This document shows positions 1 to 11,600 of a stretch of DNA of 64,000 nucleotides, piece after piece. The notes under the pieces are model-generated. The model made no database searches. It had not been told where the DNA came from and saw only the letters and a program-made list of their open reading frames with translations. This stretch comes from Bacteroidales bacterium UBA1184 (GTDB lineage Bacteria; Bacteroidota; Bacteroidia; Bacteroidales; ML635J-15), in the NCBI GenBank assembly GCA_002310235.1, contig DBYO01000001.1, positions 912 through 64,911 of the forward strand. The letters run 5' to 3'. How positions within the stretch are numbered: position 1 is the first letter of the stretch; every line of letters begins with the position of its first letter. The translations under genes were made by a program, and so were the position numbers.

Positions 1-1
1 C

Positions 2-1939
2 GGTGCTCGTAAGGGTCTTGCCGATACCGCTCTTAAGACGGCTGATGCTGGTTACCTGACCCGTCGTCTTGTCGATGTGGCTCACGATGTAATCATCACC
101 GAGGAAGACTGCGGTACATTGCGCGGACTCGAAGTTTCGGAACTCAGAAAGGACGATGGCGAACTTATTGAATCGTTGTACGATCGTATATTGGGTAGAA
201 TTAGTGTTCACGATGTATTCCATCCTCAGACCAACGAACTTATCGTTGCTTCAGGAGAAGAAATTACCGAGGACATTGCAAAGATAATCGCAGATTCACC
301 TATTGAGAAGGTGGAAATCCGTTCGGTTCTAACTTGCGAATCCCACAGAGGTGTTTGCGCTAAGTGCTACGGACGTAATCTTGCAACTCACAGGATGGTT
401 CAGAAGGGCGAGGCTGTAGGTGTTATTGCTGCTCAGTCAATCGGTGAACCTGGTACACAGCTTACTCTTCGTACATTCCACTCTGGTGGTATCGCAGGTA
501 ACATCGCCAGCGAATCTACAATTACAGCAAAGTATGATGGTATCCTCGAAATCGATGAACTTCGTACCGTTTCGCACGAAGAAGATGATGGTCCAGTTGA
601 CATCGTTGTAACCCGTATGGCCGAACTCAAGATTCTCGACCCAGGAACAAAGATCGCATTGGTTAACAAGTCGTTGCCTTACGGTTCGCGTCTGTACTTC
701 AAGAACGGCGATATGGTTAAGAAGGGCGACAAGATTTGTGAATGGGACCAGTACAATATTGTAATCATTTCCGAATATACAGGTAAGCTTATTTTCGAAG
801 ATGTTGTCGAAGGTGTCAACTTTAAGCAGGAAATTGCTCCTCAGACCGGTTTCATCGAGAGAATAATTACCGAAACCAAGGATAAGTCCAAGATTCCTGT
901 TGCAAAGATTATAGACAAGAATAAGGAAGTACTTGCAGTTTACAACTTGCCTGTAGGCGCACGTCTGATGAAGAATGAGAAAGACCAGATTAAGGCTGGT
1001 GACATCCTCATCAAAATGCCGAAGGTAGTAGGTAAGGGTGGTGATATCACGGGTGGTTTGCCACGTGTAACCGAGTTGTTCGAAGCTCGTAACCCATCCA
1101 ACCCTGCAGTTGTTTCCGAAATCGACGGTGTTGTACAGTTTGGTAAGATCAAACGTGGTAACCGCGAAATCGAAATTACTCCTAAGGAAGGTAACTCAAA
1201 GAAATACTTGGTTCCGCTGTCAAAGCAGATACTTGTTCAGCCAAACGACTACATTAAGGCTGGTACTCCGCTCATCGATGGTGCTATCACTCCGTCCGAC
1301 ATCCTTGCTATCAAGGGTCCGACCGCAGTTCAGGAATATCTTGTAAACGAAATCCAGGATGTTTACCGTCTGCAGGGTGTTAAGATCAACAACAAGCACT
1401 TCGAGGTTATTGTACGCCAGATGATGAGAAAGGTTCTCGTAGAAGATCCAGGTGATACTCAGTTCCTCGAAAATCAGGTGGTTGACAAGTGGGAATTCAG
1501 GCAGGAAAACGACTCTATCTTCGACAAGAAAGTTGTTGTTGATGCTGGCGATTCTGAGAACTTCACCGCTGGACAGATTGTTTCGTACCGCAGACTTCGC
1601 GACGAAAACTCGATGCTGAAGCGTAAGGACAAGAAGTTGGTTGAAGCCCGTCCAGCAATTCCAGCAACATCGAGCCAGGTATTGCAGGGTATCACCAAGG
1701 CTGCATTGCAGACTTCGAGCTTCATGTCGGCTGCATCATTCCAGGAAACCACAAAGGTATTGAACGAGGCTGCAATTCGCGCTAAGGAAGATACACTCGA
1801 AGGTATGAAGGAAAATGTAATCGTAGGTCACTTGATTCCAGCAGGAACTGGTCTGCGCGACTTCCAGAGTTTGCGTGTTTGCAACAAGGCAGAAGTTGCT
1901 CCTTACATTGATACACTCGAACAACAAAACGAAATTTAA
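2..1939 (+). CDS. rpoC: DNA-directed RNA polymerase subunit beta' (3' part; gene begins before the window)
   Basis: Frame is open from base 2 ([26 protein letters not shown]); motifs [61 protein letters not shown]. Confidence 0.99.
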   Translation, partial: GARKGLADTALKTADAGYLTRRLVDVAHDVIITEEDCGTLRGLEVSELRKDDGELIESLYDRILGRISVHDVFHPQTNELIVASGEEITEDIAKIIADSPIEKVEIRSVLTCESHRGVCAKCYGRNLATHRMVQKGEAVGVIAAQSIGEPGTQLTLRTFHSGGIAGNIASESTITAKYDGILEIDELRTVSHEEDDGPVDIVVTRMAELKILDPGTKIALVNKSLPYGSRLYFKNGDMVKKGDKICEWDQYNIVIISEYTGKLIFEDVVEGVNFKQEIAPQTGFIERIITETKDKSKIPVAKIIDKNKEVLAVYNLPVGARLMKNEKDQIKAGDILIKMPKVVGKGGDITGGLPRVTELFEARNPSNPAVVSEIDGVVQFGKIKRGNREIEITPKEGNSKKYLVPLSKQILVQPNDYIKAGTPLIDGAITPSDILAIKGPTAVQEYLVNEIQDVYRLQGVKINNKHFEVIVRQMMRKVLVEDPGDTQFLENQVVDKWEFRQENDSIFDKKVVVDAGDSENFTAGQIVSYRRLRDENSMLKRKDKKLVEARPAIPATSSQVLQGITKAALQTSSFMSAASFQETTKVLNEAAIRAKEDTLEGMKENVIVGHLIPAGTGLRDFQSLRVCNKAEVAPYIDTLEQQNEI

Positions 1940-1950
1940 TTTGAATAGCT

Positions 1951-2253
1951 ATGGCAGAGAATACCAACCAGTTGAATATTGAATTGGACGAGGCGGTAGC
2001 ACAGGGTACCTATGCAAACCTTGCAGTGATAACTCACTCCTCGTCGGAATTTATACTTGACTTCGTAAGGATAATGCCGGGTGTGCCGAAGTCGAAGGTG
2101 CAGTCGAGGATAATATTGACTCCCGAACATGCAATGAGACTTCTCCGTGCACTTCAGGACAATATCCAGAAATACGAGTCGAATTTCGGTCCTATTCAGA
2201 TCCAATCGAATAAGTTGCCGATGAATTTCGGCGGCAACACTGCCAAAGCGTAG
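1951..2253 (+). CDS. DUF3467 family protein
   Basis: AQGTYANLAVITHSSSEFILDF...SRIILTPEHA motif; usual position right after rpoC in Bacteroidota. Confidence 0.9.
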   Translation: MAENTNQLNIELDEAVAQGTYANLAVITHSSSEFILDFVRIMPGVPKSKVQSRIILTPEHAMRLLRALQDNIQKYESNFGPIQIQSNKLPMNFGGNTAKA

Positions 2254-2268
2254 TTTCATAACATTAAT

Positions 2269-2309
2269 AAAAGTTGTGGGAGGACATTTGTTCTCCCACA
2301 ACTTTTTTT
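2269..2309 (+). terminator. Intrinsic terminator of the rpoC-DUF3467 transcript
   Basis: AAAAGTTGTGGGAG...CTCCCACAACTTTT inverted repeat followed by a T run. Confidence 0.88.
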
Positions 2310-2526
2310 GTCCATACTCTTATCTTTTATCTTTTTTCTTTTCTATACAACATTTGTTCTTGTTCCGACCAACTTAAAGTTTTTTATTCTAAAATTAATC
2401 ATAATATGTATCTATATTTCCCTGATGTTTTTTTGTCTTTATCTAAAAAAATACAGCAATATTATTAATAATTATCAAATATGTATAATATACTAATATG
2501 TTTGTATTCGCCAAATGATAAAATTG

Positions 2527-2534
2527 TACTTTTG
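2527..2534 (+). promoter_or_regulatory. Bacteroidota sigma-A -7 box for the giant T9SS gene
   Basis: TACTTTTG matches TAnnTTTG; TTTG at 2501-2504. Confidence 0.65.
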
Positions 2535-2613
2535 CGGCCAAATAAATGAGGGTGGGGGAAACTCATTTTTGTTAGTTTTATTTTGCTCCGGAAGGGGTTA
2601 TTAAGTTTAAAAT

Positions 2614-5600
2614 ATGAAGGATTTTTACGGTATGAGAGGGAACTCTACTATTATGTTAGGTGCTTTAGGAAATAATAAAGCAAGTGTTTGTGTATCAAAG
2701 GAATTTGATGAAAAGAATACAGCAGAAATCTCGAAAATAGGTAATATTACCTACGAAAATAATCTTATTGCATACAAATTAAGAATTCTTTTTGCCATGC
2801 TGGCATTCTGCATGACGATGGTTTTCGGAGGCAAGGCATTTGCTCAGGAAACCTTGACGGTTTATGATGGAGAGGGGACAAATAGTAATGTACCAGTGCA
2901 TGGATTATGGGCTGATGCCTATTTAAAGTGTGAGTTTGTAATTCCTGCGGATCAGTTAGATGATATGATTAATGGTACATTATCTGAAATGACATTCTAT
3001 TTGACTTCTCCAGCTTCTGCTGCATGGACGGGTACTTTTCAGGTATTTCTGAATGAAGTAGGTGAATCTTCGATAAGTGCATTCTATGGCACCGATGGAG
3101 CAACTACGGTTTATACTGGAACACTTGATGGTACAAGTAGCACTATGTCTATTGCTTTTTCAGATAATTATGTTTACAATGGTGGAAATTTGTTAGTTGG
3201 TGTATATCAAACTGCAAGTGGAAACTATAAAAGTGCAACCTTCGCTGGGGAAACCGTTACTGGAGCATGTGTACAAGGATATAGTTCCAGTTCTTTGGAT
3301 GCCGTGTCAGGTAGCCAAAGAAACTTCATTCCTAAGACCACTTTCACATATACCCCTGGTGCAGTTTCAACTTGCTCGAGACCTACTGAATTGGCAAAAT
3401 CAAATCTCACAGCAAGAACAGTTGATTTGGCTTGGACTAACGGCGCTGACGAAACAGCTTGGCAGATTTGCATAAACGGTGACGAAGACAACCTTGTAGA
3501 TGTAACTACTAATCCTTACACACTTACAAGTCTTAATCCCGAAACTCCTTATTCGGTAAAGGTTCGCGCAAACTGTGGCTCCGAGAAGAGCTACTGGAGC
3601 AATACTGTAAGTTTTACAACTCTTCCTTCTTGCCCTGTTCCAACAGAAATTGTTTGTACAGGTTTTACTGTAACTACAGCAACTTTCTCTTGGACGGCTG
3701 GTGCTAGCGAAGGTGAGTGGAACTTGCAATATAAGGCCGCAACCGATGCTGATTGGACTGTTGTAAATGATGTAACAAGTCCTTATACAATTACTGGATT
3801 AACTGAAGAAACCAACTATCTAGTACAGGTTCAGGCAGTTTGCAATGTTGATGACTTAAGTGCTTGGACTTCGCCTGTTCAGGTTTATACCGGATATTGC
3901 CAGCCTGCTCCTACTTCAAGAGATGGAAAAGGTATTACTGGTGTTTCTTTCGGTATTGGCGATGATGTTGTAAATAATTCAGACGTCAATGGTTTGCCAG
4001 AAGATGCTCCTTATTATGGCAATTATGCATCTATGGTAGGTGCAGTACAAGCAGGTGTTGAAGCAACTGTAAGTATTACATATGCTACTGGATATGACTA
4101 TGGTACAATAGTCTGGATAGACTTGAATAACAATCTTACTTTCGAAGGTAACGAAGTAGTATATGTTGGAACCTCAGCAAGTGCTAATCCAACCATTTTG
4201 AACGCAAAATTTACATTGCCTGCATCAACACCAATAGGCGACTACCGTATGCGTATTGCCGGTGCCGATAGTTATTATAATAGCAATACTGGATCAATTG
4301 CTGATGCAGCAGATGCAAACTCCTGCCCAACAAGTACTTATACTGTTGTTCACGATTATACAATAAGAGTTCTTGAAGCTCCTTCATGCTTGCCTCCTTT
4401 AGCATTACGTGCTACAAATATTGCAGCAAGAACTGCAAATCTGGTTTGGATACCAAGTGGTAGCGAAACAGCATGGCAGATTAGTATAAGTAATGCACCT
4501 GGTCATGAAGATATTATAGATGTTACAACTAATCCATATACACTTACAAATCTAACACCATCAAGGGTGCATACAGTAAAAGTTCGTGCAAATTGTGGTG
4601 ATACCGATGGCGTAAGTGCATGGTCGAATAGTGCATCGTTTACAACACTCGAAGCATGTCCTGCTCCAACTGCTTTGTCTGCTATTCTTACACCAGGCAA
4701 TGGCACAATTGCTACACTTAGCTGGACAGAAGAAGGTTCTGCTACCGATTGGATGCTTGAATATGGTACTGCTTCCGACTTTTCTAATGCAATTCCTGAA
4801 AACGTGACAGGAACGCCTTCGATAAATCTCACAGGTCTTACTGCAGAAACTACTTACTATGCACGTGTTAAGTCTGTTTGTGGCGGAATAGATGGCGAAA
4901 GTGAGTGGGGCGATGTTATTAGTTTTGAGACTACAGATAAGATTATTATTGGAACAGGTAATTCAACAAATGGATATTTGCCAACATATACTTTCTACAA
5001 TTATTCTTTAACACAACAAATTTACACAGTTGCTGAGATTGGAAACAGAGCTGGTGCTATTTATAGTGTTGACTTCTACTGTTCTGGAGCTGTAACTCGT
5101 GATTTAGATATTTATATGGTTGCAACCGATAAGGAAACTTTCGAAGGCTCATCCGACTGGATAACTGCTACTGCTGCAGATCTTGTATATAGTGGCCCTG
5201 TTACTTTTGCTGCTGGAGCATGGACAACCATTGAACTCGACAATCCGTATATTTATGGCGGAACGCATAATGTAGCTATAATTGTTGACGACAATACAGG
5301 CAGTTATGAGACTGCTCCTAATTTCCGTACATTTGATGCAGCATCACAGGCAATAAGATATTATAATGATAATGACAATCAGGATCCAACAGCTCCAACT
5401 GCTACTGGTACAAATATGAACGTTAAGAACCAGATTCGTCTCTTTATTGGCGAACCACCGGCTTGTGCTAAGCCTACCGAGCTTACAGTTACTGATATAG
5501 CCATATACAATGCTACTTTTGATTGGACTGCAGGAGGAGCAGAACCCGACTGGAACATAAGCTACAAAGCTGATGGCGATCCCGATTGGACTGAGGTTAG

Positions 5601-8600
5601 CCACGTGTCGAATCATTATACAATTTATGATTTTCTACCAGCAACTCGATATGAGTTGAGAGTACAGGCTAACTGCCCAGGAGGTATTAGTGTTAGTGAT
5701 TGGTCAAGAGCTGTTACGTTTACAACACTTCCGACTTGTCCAATTCCAACAAACTTGGCTGTAGCGGTTACAGAAACTTCTGCTACCGTAACTTGGACTC
5801 CTGGTTACTCGGAAACTAATTGGAATTTAAGGTACAAACTTGCCGGTGCTGCTTGGACTAATGTAAGCGATGTAGAATCACCATATACTATTACAGGTCT
5901 TACAGCTGACACTCATTACGAAGTGCAAGTGCAAGCTGATTGTGGCAGCGAAAATAGTAATTGGTCTGGCTCATATAGCTTCTTTACAGGATATTGTCAG
6001 CCTAATCCTACAAGTATTGACAATGATGGTATTACCAATGTTACTTTTGGATTTGGTGACAATGTGGTAAATAATAGCGAACAGCTGACGACTGCTCCAT
6101 TTTATGGCAATTATTCTAATCTTGTAGGTGATGTGCCTGTTGGAATTGAAGCAACAATAGGTATTACATATGAAACACATTTTGATTATGGAACAATAAT
6201 TTGGATTGACTTTAATAATAACTTTGTATTCGATGGAGATGAGGTGGTGTATGCAGGAGAGTCATCAAGTGTTAGTCCTACAACATTAAATGCGACATTT
6301 ACATTACCAGAAACAACTCCTTTGGGTGAATATCGTATGCGTATTGCTGGAGCCGATACTTATTATGACAATTATACATCATCAATTGCAGAGGCTGCAG
6401 ACGCTAATTCTTGCCCAACCGGGACATTTATAATTATTCATGACTATACTATAAGAGTTATTGAGACTCCGTCGTGTATGTCGCCAACAGATGTTGTCGC
6501 AACAAGTACCACAACTACTACAGCTACTGTTTCGTGGACAGAAAATAGTCCTACTCCTGCAACTAACTGGGTGTTGCAATATAGTACTAATAGTGATTTC
6601 TCCGATAGTCAAACAGCTGAAGTTAGTACAAATCCTGCAGAAATCACAAGCCTTAATGATGGTACCGTATATTATGTAAGAGTAAGGGCTAAATGTGATG
6701 TGGATAATTTGAGTTACTGGAGTAATCCTGCATCGTTTGTAACTGAGTGCGGATACTTTACTGTTGATGAAAATCATAGATATACGGAAGACTTTGCTGG
6801 ATTAACATCTGTAACATTCCCACGTATATGTTGGTCGCAAGAAAGAACTTCTGAAGGAACAGGTTATGGTTCCTCATATTCTGAAGGAGCATGGACTTGC
6901 TATACTTCTACTCAAGGAACAGGATCAAATCCTCCGATGGCTCAGTTAAGAAAATCTAAGGATGGTTCAATTCACAATCTTGTAACAAAGGCTTTGACAA
7001 TGGCTGCAGGTAATTATGTAGTGTCATTGCGAGTCTATAGAAATGCTACTTCGATTAATTATCAGGAAGGTATAAATGTATATTTAAGTAAGACCGATGA
7101 TCTTGTATCTGATGGTAACGATGCATTGGATTTAGGATTTATTTCTCGCAGTTACAATACGGCATCTGTGATAAATTCGGAAATATTAGGCACTGAACTT
7201 GCTACAGGATGGTACTATTATGATATTCCGGTTACTGTAGGTGCAGATGGCGTATATTATGTTATATTTGAAGGAAAATGCCTAAACGGTGATGCTATAT
7301 ATATGGATGATGTAGTGGTAATGGTAGCTCCTACATGTCCTAAACCTACCGACATTATAGTTACTTCCACTGGTACAAACGAGGCTACAATAGAATGGAC
7401 AGCTGGAGGAACTGAAACTTCTTGGAATTTGAGGTACAAAACATCGAATGAAAATAGTTGGACAACAATAAATAATATTACAAATCCATATACTACTATT
7501 ACAAATCTTAGTGCAGCTACAAGCTATGTTTTCCAGGTACAGGCAGATTGTGGTGGAGATTATTCTGATTGGACAGTTTCTGAAACATTCAAAACCAAAT
7601 ATGGTATTGTATTCTTAGAAGAATTTGGAACTGTAATGCCAAACGATTGGAACCAGTATTCAGTAAAGCTTAGCGAAGTGATGAATGGTTCTCCGCTCAT
7701 TTCAGCAAACAGCGGATGGAGTTTCGGCGAAAGTAATGGCGTTTTTGGTAACCATGCCAGAGTTAACATTTATGGAGGAACTTGTTACAGATGGTTGACT
7801 ACTCCAATTATTGTTATGAAACCTAATGTTCAGCTTACTTTCAACCTGGCTTTGACTAAATTTAGCGGAACGCTTGCTCCTGCCGTTACAGGTGCACTCG
7901 ACGATAAATTTGTTGTCTTGATTAGTACCGATGAAGGTGCAACTTGGACAGTACTTCGTCAGTACGATAATGTAGGTTCTCAGTATGTGTACGACGATAT
8001 TGCTCTCGAGGGAGAAGATGTCGCTATTGATCTTACGAGCTATAGTAACGATGAAGTAATTATTGCATTCTATGGCGAATCTACAGAATACAATGTGGAT
8101 AATAATTTGCATATTGACAATGTAATGCTCGACTATATTCCAACTTGCTTTAAGCCAACGGGACTTACTGTTGTTTCAACAGACTTGAATACTGCAACTA
8201 TAGAATGGACTCCTAGCGGTGACGAAACACGTTGGCAGTATAGTCTTAATGGTAGTGCGTGGACCGATTTCGAAAATGTTACTGGTACAACACCTAAAAC
8301 TGCAATTATTAGCGGTTTGACCGAAGCAACAGTTTATAGCATTGAAGTGCGTGCATATTGTAGCGATAACTTTAACGATCAAAGTAGGCCGAGTTTACCT
8401 GTATCATTTTATACAGATTTATGCGCTGTTGGCGATATGTGTGAAATAAACTACATACTAAACGATAGCGAAGGTAATGGTTGGGAAGGCAATGCGATTA
8501 AAGTTGTGGATGATTTAACTAACATAGTTCTCGACACATGGGCCGTAGCTGGTGGTGAATCATCGGCAACAGGATCTCTTTCGGTATGCGAAGGAAGAGA

Positions 8601-11600
8601 AATCAGGTTTGAATGGGCTAATGGATCTTCTTCTTCTGATTGCTCGTATTTAGTATATGATATAAACGGTGATGAAATCTTCTCTGGAGAAGATGCAATG
8701 GAAAATGCTGTAAGCCATATAGTAGATTGTACACCTTTAAGTTGTCGCAGACCAAGAAACCTTGTTGTTTCAAATATAACAGCAAATTCTGCTCAAATAT
8801 CATGGGAGCCAAATATTACTATTAGTAATATAAGAACATGGCAGTATAGCATCGACAATGGAGCAAACTGGGTTGACGTTTCGTCTGAAAGTCATGCAAA
8901 CCTTACAGGTTTGACAGAGAGCGAAACATATACCGTTCAGGTTCGTACAAAATGTAATATTGACGAATATAGCGACCCGATTACTGCATCATTTGTAACA
9001 GGTGATATGTGTGAAATTCGTTTCGAACTCACTGATAGTTATGGCGATAGTTGGAACGGAGCTGCTATTCGTGTTACCGATGATGTAACAGGAGAGGTTT
9101 TGGGTACTTTGACCAACCTGAACCTAAACGGCTCTTCTGGTTCTGGTGAGAATGAGGTAAACATTATATATTTCCCAGTTAGAGATGGTGCAGAAATAGC
9201 TTTTAATTGGATTTCTGGAAATTTTGATAATGAAACTTCTTATGTAGTATATGATGTAAACGATGACGTAATATTCTCTGGTTCTGGAGCAATGCCTTAT
9301 CCTGTAACTTTCACAGTAAATTGTCCCGATTGTGTGCGTCCAAACAATCTTATTGCTACAGGCGTTACTACAACAGGGGCTCTGCTTTCGTGGGATGCTG
9401 GTTCTGCAAACCATTGGATTATAGAGTATAGCACACATAGTGACTTCTCTGCTGGAATTGTTAGTGAAGATGTATATGTAACACCAGAAAAAGAATATAC
9501 AGGACTTGTTACAGATATAACCTATTATTTCCGTGTAAAGGCTGTTTGTGGTGTTGGAGAGGAAAGCGATTGGAGTAATGTGTGCGAAGTAATTCCTTCC
9601 GTTTGCCGTAGGGTTGGTAACGGGGCAGCAGGTAATGGCGAATTGCCTTCAAATACATATTACAACTACTCCTTTACTCAGCAGATTTATTCTGCAGCCG
9701 AGATCGGCCCTGCTGGTCTTATGAATGGAATTTCGTTTTATAACAGTGGCGCTGCCAGAACAAGATCATTAGACGTGTATGTTGTATATACAAGCAAGAC
9801 ATCGTTTAGTGGTGCATCCGACTGGATAACAGTTACACCGGAAGACATGGTATTCTCGGGAATTATAACCATGGCATCTGGACAATGGACACAAATTGAT
9901 TTTAATGACGATCATGCTATCGAATACGATGGAGCAAGGAATATTGCTGTAATAATTGATGACAATACCGGCACATACGAGAACACTATGTCGTGTCTAG
10001 TATTTAATGCTGCAGGTAACCAGACATTGTCTCTATACAGCGATGGAATCAACTATGATCCTATGAATACATCATCTTATGCGGGCAGATTGCTTTCTGA
10101 GAAGAATCAGATTAGGTTCTGTGTCGAAAGCTGTGAAGATCGTCCGGGAAACATTGCCTTTGTTAATCCTTCAGTAAGAATTAGTGTAGATGGTTCTGTT
10201 GACTTATCAAGTGATACTTATTTTACTAACACTACTACAGTTGCAGGAACAACAGTACAATGGAGTAGTAACGATCCTAGAATTGCAACTGTTGATAGTG
10301 ATGGTGTAGTAACAGCTCATTCGGCAGGTAGGGCAGTAATAACAGCAAGTTTGCCTTCTAAAACAGTTGGACAAACTTTGTATTGCGCTATGCAGACCGA
10401 GGTCGCAGTGATTGTAGATTGCAATACCATGACTCCTCAGTGTTTCGACTTTGATGAATATACAGGAGCTAATAGGGAATATCATTTAGATGCAGGTCTT
10501 CCTAGTTGCTGGCGCAGAATTTATACTGGTAAATATGAAGGTGGTGAACCGCATGCTTATAAAGGCTATTTCGCAAAAGATAGCGTTGCAATTGAAATTA
10601 CATCTGGTAACTATCAGTTGTATGGCGAGAATTTCGGTTATACCAACTACGTTATAATGCCGTATATTTCAGGACTTGAGAATGGCGGTATGGTAACCTT
10701 CAATGCTTGGTGGCAGTATGTAGATTTTGGAACTTTAACATTGGGTTATATGACCGATCCCGATGATGCCGCTACTTTTGTTGCTGTTGACGATGCTACA
10801 CCATTCCTGTACAACTTTGGTTCGGCAGCGTCTGGCGTAAACCAGATATCTTTGCCCGATAATATGCCTGCTGATGCATATATAGCATTCAGATGGTTCT
10901 GTCAGACCGATTATTTCAGTTATAGTGTCGCTATCGATAATGTATGTGTTTGTTCTGCAGTTACAGGTACATTCGAACTTACAACAGTTACAGGAAATGC
11001 TCTTGAGGGAGATCAAATGAAGGAAGGAACAACAGTTGTTTCTATAAGAGATTATCTCAACACAGACATTGACTTATCTACAGGCAACTTGACATATTCG
11101 AGTTTGAATCCTTCTATAGCAATAGTTGACAATGATGGTGTTGTAACAGGAACTTCCGTCGGTGAAGCTACTATTATGGTAACATTCACACCAAATGAAG
11201 ACGGCAAGTGCCCACGTTATGCTTACTTTGTTGTTACTGTGGAAAGTGAATCATGTAAAGAAATCGGTGATGCTATTTCTACTACATATACGGTTCCTGT
11301 AAACAATAACTATAACTATACATATACACAGATCTTGTTCAAGCATGACGAAATTAATGCTTCTGGTTTGATAACTTCTATAAGTTTCCAGTATGCAAAT
11401 AATAGTCAAATGAATGCAAAGAATTCGGTGAAACTGTACTTGAAGGAAGTTAATAAAAACGAATTTTCTAATGCAAGCGACTGGATTCTCGATGTAACAG
11501 AAAGTGATTTGGTATATTCGGGAGCACTTAATTGCGCAGAAGGCTGGAATTCATTTTCATTTGATGAACCATTTGCATACAGCGGTGACAAAAATCTGTT

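Noticed and set aside
2274-2496. Two small ORFs after DUF3467
   Set aside because: They cross the terminator and AT-rich promoter DNA; the low-complexity I/F/Y composition is typical of spurious ORFs.
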